Of a stretch of DNA of 64,000 bases, positions 18,099-27,108 are shown piece by piece (within the stretch, counting starts at the first letter, position 1; every line of letters starts with the position of its first letter). The position numbers and the translations under genes were made by a program. Under the pieces are notes generated by a model. The model was not told the origin of the DNA. It saw nothing but the letters and a program-made list of their open reading frames with translations, and searched no databases. Source of the DNA: a virus (lineage: Duplodnaviria > Caudoviricetes); IMG/VR virus record IMGVR_UViG_3300009431_000002, positions 96,001 through 160,000 of that record; one strand, given 5' to 3'.

Positions 18099-18592
18099 GA
18101 CTCCCACCCCCCGTACCAGCCGTGCGAGTACCAGATGTACTCGGAGTGGATGCCGCCGCCCCAGCCGGCGCGGATGTTGCGCGACGCCTTGAGCCGCAGC
18201 TTCTTGTGCTCATACTCGTTCGAGATGAGCTGGATCCACGCCATGATGGCCCGGCTCTTGTCGGTGTTGTACGAGAAGCCGCCGTCGGTGAAGGCGATGG
18301 CGTTGCGGGTGTTGAGCAGTCCCACCGACGTCAGGAGGTTCACCACGGTCCCCCGGAGCAGCAGGTGCATCGACGGGAAGGTCGAGACCGTCCAGGTGCC
18401 GATCTCCGGGGGCGTGGTGTTGAAGTCGTCGATGCAGTCCAGCACCGCCCAGGCGATCATGCGGTTGCTGCTCTCCTCACCCCGCGTGAGGCGGTTGAGC
18501 TGCGGGTGGTCACGCATGAACGTGCGTACCATCTTGACGACCTGCGCCAGGCGCTGGTCCTCGGATGGTGTGTAGCTGGACGGCGTGAGCAT
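18095..18592 (-). CDS. Putative head-tail adaptor protein
   Basis: Size and position downstream of the capsid gene; helical AWAVLDCIDDFNTTPP...LLLRGTVVNLL pattern resembles connector proteins. Confidence 0.55.
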   Translation of the reverse strand: MLTPSSYTPSEDQRLAQVVKMVRTFMRDHPQLNRLTRGEESSNRMIAWAVLDCIDDFNTTPPEIGTWTVSTFPSMHLLLRGTVVNLLTSVGLLNTRNAIAFTDGGFSYNTDKSRAIMAWIQLISNEYEHKKLRLKASRNIRAGWGGGIHSEYIWYSHGWYGGWES

Positions 18593-18595
18593 CGA

Positions 18596-19120
18596 CTACT
18601 CCAGCAGCTCGTCGAGCTTCGTCAGCGGCGTCAGCTTGGAGCCGCCCTCGACCGCGAGGTCCACGGCGTCCTTGAGCTCGGTGAGCTTCATGCGGTCGCT
18701 GAGGAGCGGCGCCGGTCGGACGTACTTGGCGAACGCCAGCACGTCCTTCTTGGTCCGCATCTTCCGCATGGCCTCGAGGTATGGGGTGTAGTCGACAGCG
18801 GCGTCGCCGGTGTCCACCTCGTCGCGCTCCGCAGGCTCCGGCCGCCCCGGCGGCTTGTAGGCCTGCGCCGCGCGGCGCTGCTGGTCGATCTCGCGCTTGC
18901 GGCGGACGTACCAGGCCGGCGGGGTGGCGCCGACGTGGATGTCCCGAGCCTTCTGCATGCGCGCAAGTCGCGCGGTGTGGATGGGCCCGGCGATCTTGGA
19001 GACCGGGACCACCAGCCTACCGCCAGGCGGCACACGGACGCGGAAGATGGTCAGGGGCCGAGGCCTGTCCTGCACGTCCGTGAGGTTGTAGATGTTGGTC
19101 CGCTTGGTCTTCGCCGCCAT
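18596..19120 (-). CDS. Hypothetical virion-module protein with C-terminal HeH/Rho-N-like helical pair
   Basis: C-terminal MRTKKDVLAFAK...MKLTELKDAV pattern. Confidence 0.5.
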   Translation of the reverse strand: MAAKTKRTNIYNLTDVQDRPRPLTIFRVRVPPGGRLVVPVSKIAGPIHTARLARMQKARDIHVGATPPAWYVRRKREIDQQRRAAQAYKPPGRPEPAERDEVDTGDAAVDYTPYLEAMRKMRTKKDVLAFAKYVRPAPLLSDRMKLTELKDAVDLAVEGGSKLTPLTKLDELLE

Positions 19121-19121
19121 C

Positions 19122-19844
19122 TCAGTCCTCCATCGACACGATCTTGGCGTCCAGGGCCTTCATGGCGCCGGTGCGGGTCTTGCCCGACTGCTCGGCGTCA
19201 CGCAGGGCCAGGACGTGGTCGGCGTCCTCGCAGGTCTCGAGGAAGGCCTCGAGGTCCCCGATGTTGCCGTCGAGGACCGACAGGTCGTAGGTGACCTCGA
19301 CCTCCTCGGGCTTCTCCTCGAGGTCTTCGGGCTCGTCGGTCTCCGCGGGCGCGCCCGGCCCCGTCTCCTCCCCCAGATCCCCCTCCTCTTCCCCGTCGGC
19401 CTGGGAATCCTCGCCGACATCGGCGTCCTTCTCCTCGGGTGGGTCCTCGAGGTCGTCCAGGCCGACAGGCTCGTCCGCGTCCTCGTCGACCTCCTTCTCG
19501 GCCGGCTCCTCGGGCTCCGGCGGCACGAGCGCCTCCATGTGCAGCGCCGTGAACCGGGCACCGTCGCCGGCCTGCAGGGCCTCGATGGCCTCCTGCCGCT
19601 TGGCCGGGTCCTTGAAGTCGTCGAACAGTTCGGTCAGGTCCGGGCCGGGCTCCGGCTCCGACGACACTGTGTCGTCGACCTCCGGCACGACCTCCTGGAT
19701 GAAGCCGTTCTTGGTCAGGTGTTGGATGTGTCGCCGATCCTTCTTCGCGTCCGCGTCCGAGACGGGGAGCGGTACGGATCCCAGGCACTTGCCTGCGATG
19801 GCGATGTTGGGCGGAGCGCCCGCGAGCTTGCGGTAGTACTTCAT
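19122..19844 (-). CDS. Hypothetical protein with long acidic linker, 240 aa
   Basis: E/D/P-rich central tract and a compact helical C-terminus (LALRDAEQSGKTRTGAMKALDAKI). Confidence 0.7.
   Translation of the reverse strand: MKYYRKLAGAPPNIAIAGKCLGSVPLPVSDADAKKDRRHIQHLTKNGFIQEVVPEVDDTVSSEPEPGPDLTELFDDFKDPAKRQEAIEALQAGDGARFTALHMEALVPPEPEEPAEKEVDEDADEPVGLDDLEDPPEEKDADVGEDSQADGEEEGDLGEETGPGAPAETDEPEDLEEKPEEVEVTYDLSVLDGNIGDLEAFLETCEDADHVLALRDAEQSGKTRTGAMKALDAKIVSMED
19659..19677. repeat. Palindrome copy 2 (CGACGACACTGTGTCGTCG)
   Basis: 19-bp inverted repeat with one unpaired centre base, inside a CDS (VDDTVSS). Confidence 0.85.
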
Positions 19845-19878
19845 GATGGGGTCCCTCTCTCCTCTGCTTCCGAGGGCC

Positions 19879-19919
19879 CCCGCCCCCGCGCCGCCGCGCG
19901 GGTTGGGAGCGGGGGCGGG
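19879..19919 (-). terminator. GC-rich stem-loop downstream of the major capsid gene
   Basis: CCCGCCCCCGC (19879-19889) pairs with GCGGGGGCGGG (19909-19919); no U-tract, so it may be an attenuator or mRNA stabiliser. Confidence 0.45.
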
Positions 19920-19950
19920 ACCCCGGTAGAACGTCAGGCCACTGGCCTGA

Positions 19951-21072
19951 TCAGAACTGGTTGACCTGCGGGTACGTCAGGCCATCCTCGGCACGGTTGT
20001 TCATCGCGCCCAAGTCCTCGATATCGACGGGCTGACGATCGGCGAAGTTCGCGTCCTCCGCGCCCGTCGTGACGGAACCGCGGTAGAGCTCGAGCTTGCG
20101 GACTGCGGCGATGTTGCCGAAGCCCATGCCGATATCTTCCCACGCCTGCCAGAAGATCCGGTTGGCGCGCTTGTCGATGTAGAACTTCGTCTGGTTCAGG
20201 ATGTAGAACCGGCCGAAGAACTCGGGCTTGGTGAAGATGTAGACGTTGCCATCCCGCAGGATGTCCGTCTTGATCGTCCGGATGAAGTTGGTGCCGAGGA
20301 GCATGTTGTACTTGTAGCCGTCGACCACGGTCTCGGACTGGATCTTGTCCCCGAAGTCCTCGACGGTCCACTGCAGCACGTCCTCGAAGTCCGGCTCGGA
20401 CATGAGCATGCGCTCGGGCCGCAGGCGGTTGCGGCTCAGGAGCTTGCGCAGGTTGACGATGTCCGGCCGCAGGATGGGCCGCACCTCGAAGTCGTCCACG
20501 CCACCGAGGGTCAGGGCGTTGAGGCCCTTCACGCGGGACACGCCGACCACGGTGCCGTTGTTGACGTTGGTGCGGTTGAAGGCGACGGTGCCGTTGGTCT
20601 CGAACTGCAGCGCCTCGATGCAGGCCTCCACGTGGAGCAAGAACTCGCGGTCCTCGATCTCCTGGATGTCCTTGGCGCTGTTGTCCTCGATCACCTTCGT
20701 GATCGGCATCTCGTACGCCAGCAGCTCCTGCTCCGTCTTCTCGAACTTCTCCGAGGAGATGGTGAAGAAGGGGATGGCGTACCGCGGCGCGCTGATGTAC
20801 CGCGCGGTCGGCTGGCCCCGGAAGGTCAGCGGCATGGCGCGGGACTGCGGCTCGATGTCCACGATCCGCACGAGCGTGTCGTGGTTCTCGGACCGCTGGC
20901 ACTCGTTGCGGGTGATGGGGGTGGGCGGGACCACCTTGCGCGCGAAGCTGACCTCACGCAGGTGGTCACGGATGAAGGTGCCGCCGTACTCGGCGATCTT
21001 CTCTTTGCCCTCGGCGGTCTCCAACTTGCGGTTGAAGAGCTCGTTGAGGACCTCGGCGGGGGTGCTGGACAT
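19951..21072 (-). CDS. Major capsid protein (HK97 fold), 373 aa
   Basis: Position after protease and scaffold-like genes; size; motifs RDHLREVSFARKVVPP and IEDNSAKDIQEIEDREFL; highly optimised codons. Confidence 0.85.
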   Translation of the reverse strand: MSSTPAEVLNELFNRKLETAEGKEKIAEYGGTFIRDHLREVSFARKVVPPTPITRNECQRSENHDTLVRIVDIEPQSRAMPLTFRGQPTARYISAPRYAIPFFTISSEKFEKTEQELLAYEMPITKVIEDNSAKDIQEIEDREFLLHVEACIEALQFETNGTVAFNRTNVNNGTVVGVSRVKGLNALTLGGVDDFEVRPILRPDIVNLRKLLSRNRLRPERMLMSEPDFEDVLQWTVEDFGDKIQSETVVDGYKYNMLLGTNFIRTIKTDILRDGNVYIFTKPEFFGRFYILNQTKFYIDKRANRIFWQAWEDIGMGFGNIAAVRKLELYRGSVTTGAEDANFADRQPVDIEDLGAMNNRAEDGLTYPQVNQF

Positions 21073-21132
21073 GTTGTGTCCTCCTCGACTCGGTTCGTTG
21101 GTCCTACGACCCTTGGTTGAGCCCTTCAGGGC

Positions 21133-21642
21133 CTAGCTGGGCACTCCGACGATGCCGCGGATGCGTCCGTGCACGGCGTCGATGTGCGTCAGGCGTGCGA
21201 CGACCAGCCCGGCACCGGCGCCCACCTGGTCGGCCAGGACGCGGCGGATCACGCCGGCGCCTGCCAGGTCGAAGTCGATGACGGTCAGGGCGTTGTTGGT
21301 GTCGAGGTCGAGGCCGGTGTCGTCGTAGACGTCCGTCTCGAACTCGTAGAAGCTCGGGAGCAGCACGTGCCCCATGCCACCGTTGATGGCCTGGGCGTCG
21401 TAGCGTCCCTCCTCGAGCCAGAAGCAGTACTGCGGCCGCGCGGCCACGTCTGCGGTGGCGTCGTTGTTGTCCCCTCCGCGGCGGAGGTTCCAGTCGTCGT
21501 CGTACTCCAGCCACTCGCCCTCGACGAGCGAGCGCCCGTCCTGGGGCCACAGGGGCCGGTGTCCGGCAGCGTCGCCGGTGCCGGCGACCACACGACGGTC
21601 CCGCGTGGGGAGCGTCTCGTACTCGGTGATCAGTCGAAACAT
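21133..21642 (-). CDS. Putative capsid decoration/stabilising protein
   Basis: 169-aa beta-rich ORF directly upstream of the capsid gene; synteny-based call. Confidence 0.5.
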   Translation of the reverse strand: MFRLITEYETLPTRDRRVVAGTGDAAGHRPLWPQDGRSLVEGEWLEYDDDWNLRRGGDNNDATADVAARPQYCFWLEEGRYDAQAINGGMGHVLLPSFYEFETDVYDDTGLDLDTNNALTVIDFDLAGAGVIRRVLADQVGAGAGLVVARLTHIDAVHGRIRGIVGVPS

Positions 21643-21682
21643 GGTGCGTCCTCCATCGGCTCAGTGAGCCGAGTCGTTGCTG

Positions 21683-22054
21683 CTAGTCCTCGTCCAGGAT
21701 GAAGGCCTCCAGCTGGGTCTTGCCCGCGCCGGCGACCTTCTCTTCGCCGTCGCCCAGCTCGAAGAAGGGGACGTCGCCCGCGGCCATGCCGATGGCTTCC
21801 TCCCTCGTGGAGAGCTTGTCGGGCTCGGACAGGAGCTCGGCCGTCTTGGTGCCGACGTCGTCCTCGTCGATGAGGCCCTTCTGCGCCATCTTGTCCGCGA
21901 GTGCGGCGGCGCGCTTCTCCAGCTTGAGCTGTGCGTTCTCCACCCGGAGCTGCTCGTTCTCGGACTCGAGGTCGCTCGCCCGCTTGGTCAGAACGCGCAA
22001 GGCGCCCGGGACCTGCTTGAAGACGGTGTGTGCCTGCTGCCGGTCGATGGTCAT
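21683..22054 (-). CDS. Small coiled-coil head assembly (scaffold-like) protein
   Basis: Heptad LESENEQLRVENAQLKLEKRAA; located in the capsid operon. Confidence 0.55.
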   Translation of the reverse strand: MTIDRQQAHTVFKQVPGALRVLTKRASDLESENEQLRVENAQLKLEKRAAALADKMAQKGLIDEDDVGTKTAELLSEPDKLSTREEAIGMAAGDVPFFELGDGEEKVAGAGKTQLEAFILDED

Positions 22055-22066
22055 CGTCGGTACCTC

Positions 22067-23767
22067 CTACACCGTCGCCGGGACGTCCGGCGCGGCGGCG
22101 GGGGCCACAGGCTCCCCGGTTCCCTCGCCCTCGGCGCGAGCCGCGGACTCCAGGATGTCTGCGAACTGCTGCTCGGACCGCTCCGTCTGCTGACGGTCGG
22201 CCTCGTCGGGATCCTCCACGTCCGAGGCGGGTGGCACCTCGTCCATGGGGTTGTCGGCGAGCTTCGCCATCGCCTGCTTCAGCGCAGCCTCCTTCTCCGG
22301 GCCGTCGTCACCGGCGAGGACACGTCGGAGGAGCTCACGCGCCGCGTCGGCCTCGATGGTGCCGTCGGACGCGATCTTCGCTCCCGCGGAGTCCACCACG
22401 GGGCCGAGGTTCTCGTGGAGCTTGGAGTCGGTCGCCTTCGACTGGGCCGGCTCGTCCAGGACCTTGCCCATGTCCTTCTTGGGCTCGGCCTTTGCCTCCC
22501 GCTTGGTGTACTGGATGGCGGCGTCGTTGGAGCCGACCATCTTGTCCTGCCCGCGGGTCTTCTTCTCGGGGACGCCCTCGCCCGCCTCGGTGCCCGGGAA
22601 GTCGCCACCGTCCACGGTGGTGCCTCCCTTGCCGGCGGAGGGCTTGGCGCCGGAGTTGTCCTCGGCCAGCTTCCGCAGCACGAAGTCCACGAGGGGGCTC
22701 CGGCCGCGGACGGAGGCCGTGACCTCCTGGCCACCGCCCAGCACGGAGGCGCCGCCGGCGCCGAGCGCGCCGAGGCCGGCCACGCCACCGGCGCCCTTGC
22801 CGACGGCCTTGGCGCCCTCACGGCGGGCCTGCTGCTGGAGCTCCGGGATCTGCCCGGTGATGGCAGCCAGGGCCTCGTCGCCGAAGCCGCGCCGGCCCAT
22901 GTCGCCGGCCATCTCGCCGGCCTCACCGGCCTGCTCCAAGAGCTCGCGGCGGAGGGCCAGGTTCTCCAGCGGGTTGACGGCCTTGACGGCCTTGCCGCCG
23001 GCGCCCTGGATCGCCTGCAGGATCTCGGCTGGGCCGGCCTGCTTGACCATCACGCGGGCGTAGCGTGTGGGGATGCCCTGGGCCTCCAGTGCGGCCTGGG
23101 CCTCCTTGAACACGCCCTCGTCCGGGTAGCCGGCGGTGGGCACGGAGCCGGAGTTGCCGCCCGGCGCCTGGTTCTCGTCGGTCTCCATGGCGGTGGACGA
23201 CGAGCCGGCGGCGAGCTCGGGGCTCTCCAGCGGCGTCTCGTTGGGGATGGTGGTGGTCTTGGCCTTGTCGTGCTTGTAGGGCTGCTCGCCCGCACCACCC
23301 GGAGCATCCTCCTGGGTGTTGGCCATGGCGTTGCTGGGCGCCGGGGACTCCTGGAGCCCCTTGCCCGTGGCGGGCTTCATCGGCGGCGTCAGGTCCGCCG
23401 GCGCGTTGCCGGCGTCCTTGGTGTCGGTCTTGAGGGCCGTCTTCTCGTAGCCCATCAGCTCGGCGACGATGAGGGCCTCGGCGACCTTCTCCTCGTTGGA
23501 GCGGCCGTCGACGATCTCGTCGAGGTGGTCGTTCGCGTACTCCACCGCACCCGCGAGCTTGTCGAAGTACGCGTAGTCGAGCTCCGCGGACTTCTCCTCA
23601 CCCTCGTCCTTCTTGACGAAGGGCGGCACGTCCTTCTTGTCCTTGGGCTTGTCCTCGGCCTCGCCCTCGTCCGCCTCGGCGGTCTTCTGCATCCGCTCGT
23701 GGCCGCGGTGGTAGGCGTCCTTGAGCATCTCGGTGAGCTGGAAGCCGTGGGTGGTGCTTTCGGGCAT
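22067..23767 (-). CDS. K-x-A-rich scaffold/internal head protein, 566 aa
   Basis: QKTAE, EKSAE, EKVAE, EKTAL, VKQAG, RKLAE, AKIAS, AKLAD motifs; disordered composition; no Cys seen. Confidence 0.65.
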   Translation of the reverse strand: MPESTTHGFQLTEMLKDAYHRGHERMQKTAEADEGEAEDKPKDKKDVPPFVKKDEGEEKSAELDYAYFDKLAGAVEYANDHLDEIVDGRSNEEKVAEALIVAELMGYEKTALKTDTKDAGNAPADLTPPMKPATGKGLQESPAPSNAMANTQEDAPGGAGEQPYKHDKAKTTTIPNETPLESPELAAGSSSTAMETDENQAPGGNSGSVPTAGYPDEGVFKEAQAALEAQGIPTRYARVMVKQAGPAEILQAIQGAGGKAVKAVNPLENLALRRELLEQAGEAGEMAGDMGRRGFGDEALAAITGQIPELQQQARREGAKAVGKGAGGVAGLGALGAGGASVLGGGQEVTASVRGRSPLVDFVLRKLAEDNSGAKPSAGKGGTTVDGGDFPGTEAGEGVPEKKTRGQDKMVGSNDAAIQYTKREAKAEPKKDMGKVLDEPAQSKATDSKLHENLGPVVDSAGAKIASDGTIEADAARELLRRVLAGDDGPEKEAALKQAMAKLADNPMDEVPPASDVEDPDEADRQQTERSEQQFADILESAARAEGEGTGEPVAPAAAPDVPATV

Positions 23768-23770
23768 GGT

Positions 23771-24046
23771 TCACCTCACGCTCGGGGGCTGTAGGCCTTT
23801 GCCCATGTCGCCCGCCGGGGTGTTCTTGATGGGGGACTCCAGGCGCATCGGAGGTGCCAGCGACGGCCCCTTCACGCCCTTCACACTGGGGATGGCTCCA
23901 CTACGAGGAGACTGCACGAGCTTGGGCGCCGACGAGGTGGGGGATGTCAGTCCTGGCATCTTCGCACTCAACGCGATCTTCTCCAGCTCGTCGACGAACC
24001 CGGCCACCACTACGGGGTTGGCCGTCTTCGTCAGCTCCTTCAGCAC
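23771..24046 (-). CDS. Small tagged basic protein, 91 aa
   Basis: LTKTANPVVVAGFVDELEKIA at the N-terminus followed by a Pro/Lys/Ser-rich tail. Confidence 0.6.
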   Translation of the reverse strand: MLKELTKTANPVVVAGFVDELEKIALSAKMPGLTSPTSSAPKLVQSPRSGAIPSVKGVKGPSLAPPMRLESPIKNTPAGDMGKGLQPPSVR

Positions 24047-24055
24047 CGCGCTCCT

Positions 24056-24715
24056 CTACTGGAGCAGGTGGCCGTAGCCGTTGGCCTGCAACAGCTGCGC
24101 GGCGGCCTGGTCGATGCGGTCCTGCTGCGAGGGCTGCTCCGGCGCGGCCGCGGTCTTGGCGGTCTCGCAGTCGCCCTTGCAGTCCGCCTTCAGGCACCGG
24201 CACAGCTGGTTGGCGGCGACCTTCTCGGCCAGGAACTCGTTGGCGCGGGCGGTGGCCAGCTCGACGAGCAGCGGGTCGGCCTGCGGCTGCTCGGGCTGGG
24301 CCTGCGCGGCCGCGGCGGTCTTCTGGATGACGTCCAGCTCGTTGACGAAGGCGTGGGCCATCTGCCGGCCGAGCAGATCCGCCTCGGCCATCTCGGCCGC
24401 GGCCTTCTTCTCCTCGTCGTTCATCGGCGGGCCCTCGTCCTTCTTCTCGTCCTTCTTCTCCTCGTCCTTCTCCTCCTTCTTGGGCGGGAAGGGGGGAGCG
24501 GGCGGCGCGTCGGCCGGGGCCTCCTCGGCCGCTACCTTCTTGAGGTAGTGCTGGAAGGTGGCCTGGACCTGGGCGTCGGACATCTGCGAGATGTCGTAGC
24601 CGTCGGCCGAGGCCAGCTTGTCCAGCGCGTCGTAGACGGCCTGCTGGTCGACCTGCTCCTGGTTGCGGGCGTGGCCGTAGGCCGCTGCGAGGACCGGGTT
24701 CATCTGGTCGGGCAT
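24056..24715 (-). CDS. K-x-A-rich scaffold/internal head protein, 219 aa
   Basis: DKLAS, KKVAA, AFVNELDVIQKTAA, EKVAA, AKTAA; AGGAA RBS. Confidence 0.65.
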   Translation of the reverse strand: MPDQMNPVLAAAYGHARNQEQVDQQAVYDALDKLASADGYDISQMSDAQVQATFQHYLKKVAAEEAPADAPPAPPFPPKKEEKDEEKKDEKKDEGPPMNDEEKKAAAEMAEADLLGRQMAHAFVNELDVIQKTAAAAQAQPEQPQADPLLVELATARANEFLAEKVAANQLCRCLKADCKGDCETAKTAAAPEQPSQQDRIDQAAAQLLQANGYGHLLQ

Positions 24716-24728
24716 TTCCTCTTGCTCC

Positions 24729-26420
24729 TCATGCTGGCTGCGCTGAGGCTAGCTTCACCGCCAGCTGTGGGTTGCTCTGAACGATTCGTTCTCCAAGCTC
24801 CGGGCCCAGCCTCTTTCCCGCATCCCAGTGTGCACGGACGAGGTACACGACGGGGCCTGACGAGAACAATCCTGCCAGCGGCCCACCCTCAATGGCAACA
24901 GGCTTTCGCCCGAAAAGCTCAGCGAGGGGGTCCAACTGGTCGGTTGGTAGCCCAAAGTGTGGTTGCGCAGTTTCCCGTGCCAGCAGGGAGAGCAGAGCTC
25001 TCCTGTACCCGTTGTAGGCCCGAGAGATCTCACTCAACAGCGGGTTGTCCGCGTAGTTCGGGGCCGAGGGCTTGGGCACTTCCATGCGGATGATGACGGT
25101 CAGCCTCTTCTTCAGGGGGCCGCCGAACATCGAACGGCCGCCGACCAGTGGGGCCAGCAGCTCCTGCAGGTCTGGCGCGTGGCCAGAGAGGGACGGGCAC
25201 TCGCCCATGTCCATGCACGGCTTGAATACGCTGCCGGCGGAGTCAAGCTCGTCGGCCAGCGGCTTGTTGCCGCAGCGGACCAAGGTGATGCGCTGGAACT
25301 CACGGGGCGTCAGCACGATCCCCATGCGGCCAGCAGTCCCCAGGGCGGTCCCGAGGTCCGACGACACTGTGTCGTTTGGCGCCGCCATCCGGTCGAGGAC
25401 CTTGGAGGGCAAGGGCTTCTCGGTCTTCTCCAACAGGGGGACGGCGTGTCCGGCGGCCTGGCTGGGCGGCAGCTCCTTGATGATGTCGGCGAGCTTCTGC
25501 TGACTGGCCGTCTTCGGGCTGTCCGCCACCATCTCCTGGAGCGCCTCCGCGTACGCGCCCGCGGTCTTCTCGTACCCGAGATCCGCAGCGCGCTCTGCTG
25601 ACGGCGCGGAGAGGGTGCCGGGCTTGACCACGACGAACGTCCTCTTGCCTGACGCCAGCAGTGCCATCACCTTGGCAGTCCTGTCCGCTCCGATCAAGAC
25701 GTACGAGATGTCGAAGAACCGCGGGTGCGGGTTCCACACGAAGATCTGCTGGCCGTCCGGCAGGATCATGTTGGGCCGGTACCGCGGGTCCTTGCGGCTC
25801 ATGTGCTCGCAGTAGTCAGCCCGAGTCTTGGACTTGTGGCCGCAGATCGAGCACACGTCGTACTTGACCCGGCAGCCCATGCTCACCGGCAAGTACTCGC
25901 CCCGCTCCAGGCGCTCGATGATGTCGTAGCCGCCGGCCTGGCGGCACAGGCCGTGGTCCAGCTCCTGGACCAGCTCGACCCGCTTCATCAGGTCGTTCCA
26001 CACCGCCAGCACGACGTCGCCGTACTTCGGGTGGTTGTGCGGCGGGTAGGGCTTGTTCTTGTGGTGCCGGAACGCGTTGGCCAGGTAGAAGGTCGTGTAC
26101 CCGTAGGGCGCGTGCGCGGCGAGACGCCGGCGGCCCTCGATGTCCCAGGGCGGGACGTTGCGCCAGCCCGGCGGCTCCAGCTTCAGGGAGTCGATGCTGA
26201 ACCCGTCGGCGTTGATGTTGGGGCCCCAGATCTCTGTGGCTCCCAGCGCGTTGACCAGTGCGTAGGTCTTGTCGGGCTTCGGCTCCAGCTTGGCGATGAA
26301 CTGCTGCACCTCGTCGTGCAGGGGCGCCGCGGTCTTCACGAGACCGGGCTCACCTGGAGTGACGAGCTGGGAGTAGACGCCCCGCTCGTCCTCCCCCTGG
26401 TAGTGCAGCAGCTTGATCAT
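24729..26420 (-). CDS. Prohead maturation protease (HK97/herpesvirus assemblin-like) with C-terminal extension
   Basis: AFRHH and PVSMGC motifs (candidate His and Ser catalytic residues), CSICGH...YCEH zinc motif; upstream of the capsid gene. Confidence 0.8.
   Translation of the reverse strand: MIKLLHYQGEDERGVYSQLVTPGEPGLVKTAAPLHDEVQQFIAKLEPKPDKTYALVNALGATEIWGPNINADGFSIDSLKLEPPGWRNVPPWDIEGRRRLAAHAPYGYTTFYLANAFRHHKNKPYPPHNHPKYGDVVLAVWNDLMKRVELVQELDHGLCRQAGGYDIIERLERGEYLPVSMGCRVKYDVCSICGHKSKTRADYCEHMSRKDPRYRPNMILPDGQQIFVWNPHPRFFDISYVLIGADRTAKVMALLASGKRTFVVVKPGTLSAPSAERAADLGYEKTAGAYAEALQEMVADSPKTASQQKLADIIKELPPSQAAGHAVPLLEKTEKPLPSKVLDRMAAPNDTVSSDLGTALGTAGRMGIVLTPREFQRITLVRCGNKPLADELDSAGSVFKPCMDMGECPSLSGHAPDLQELLAPLVGGRSMFGGPLKKRLTVIIRMEVPKPSAPNYADNPLLSEISRAYNGYRRALLSLLARETAQPHFGLPTDQLDPLAELFGRKPVAIEGGPLAGLFSSGPVVYLVRAHWDAGKRLGPELGERIVQSNPQLAVKLASAQPA
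25361..25375. repeat. Palindrome copy 3 (ACGACACTGTGTCGT)
   Basis: Inside the protease CDS (NDTVSS). Confidence 0.85.
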
Positions 26421-26424
26421 GCCA

Positions 26425-27099
26425 TCAGCCAGAGACGGCCTTCATCGCCCCCGTGAACGCGGCTCCCGCGCCGCCCGCGGCCTGCGTGCCGACGGGCCGT
26501 CCCATGTCCTTGCGAGCCCGGATCAGCTCGCTGACGGTCTTGTGGTCGATCAGCTCGGCGTCGGAGACCCGCTTGACGAAGGTGCCGGCGACCAGTGGGT
26601 CCGCGGCCATCTCCGGTGCGAAGCGGTGCATCGTGTTCCAGGCGCGGTTGACCATGGTGCCGTCGTACTGGTCGGCGTCGGCGAGTTCCGGGTGGACCTC
26701 GACCATCTTCTTGAAGCGGTGCTTCTTCATCGCCTCCTGGACGACGACGTCCGCGGCGTTGACGCCGGCCTGCGCCGCGGCACCCGCGGCGACACCGCCG
26801 GCGGTGAGGGCGCCGCCGAGCCCACCGACCATCAGCGCGGCCTCATGCGGCTTCTTCCCGCTGAGCAGTCCCAGTAGCCCCTTCGCCGGAGGCGCCTGCC
26901 CGATCAGCTCGCCGATCTCGGCGAGGGTCTCCGGCGTGACGCCGCGCATCTGCGGGAAGCGGCTTTCGACGGCCCGGAGGGTCGCCGCTGGGATCGCCGC
27001 GACCTTCTCCATCGCAGCGCTCACCAGGCTGTCAGCCTGCTCCTCGGACAGCTGGCCGCTGGACACCAGCTGGTCGATGTGGTCGGTCGCGGCGCTCAT
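26425..27099 (-). CDS. Glycine-zipper head-module protein, 224 aa
   Basis: MEKVAA motif; hydrophobic AALMVGGLGGALTAGGVAAGAAA; no Cys seen. Confidence 0.65.
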   Translation of the reverse strand: MSAATDHIDQLVSSGQLSEEQADSLVSAAMEKVAAIPAATLRAVESRFPQMRGVTPETLAEIGELIGQAPPAKGLLGLLSGKKPHEAALMVGGLGGALTAGGVAAGAAAQAGVNAADVVVQEAMKKHRFKKMVEVHPELADADQYDGTMVNRAWNTMHRFAPEMAADPLVAGTFVKRVSDAELIDHKTVSELIRARKDMGRPVGTQAAGGAGAAFTGAMKAVSG

Positions 27100-27108
27100 G
27101 GGGCCTCC

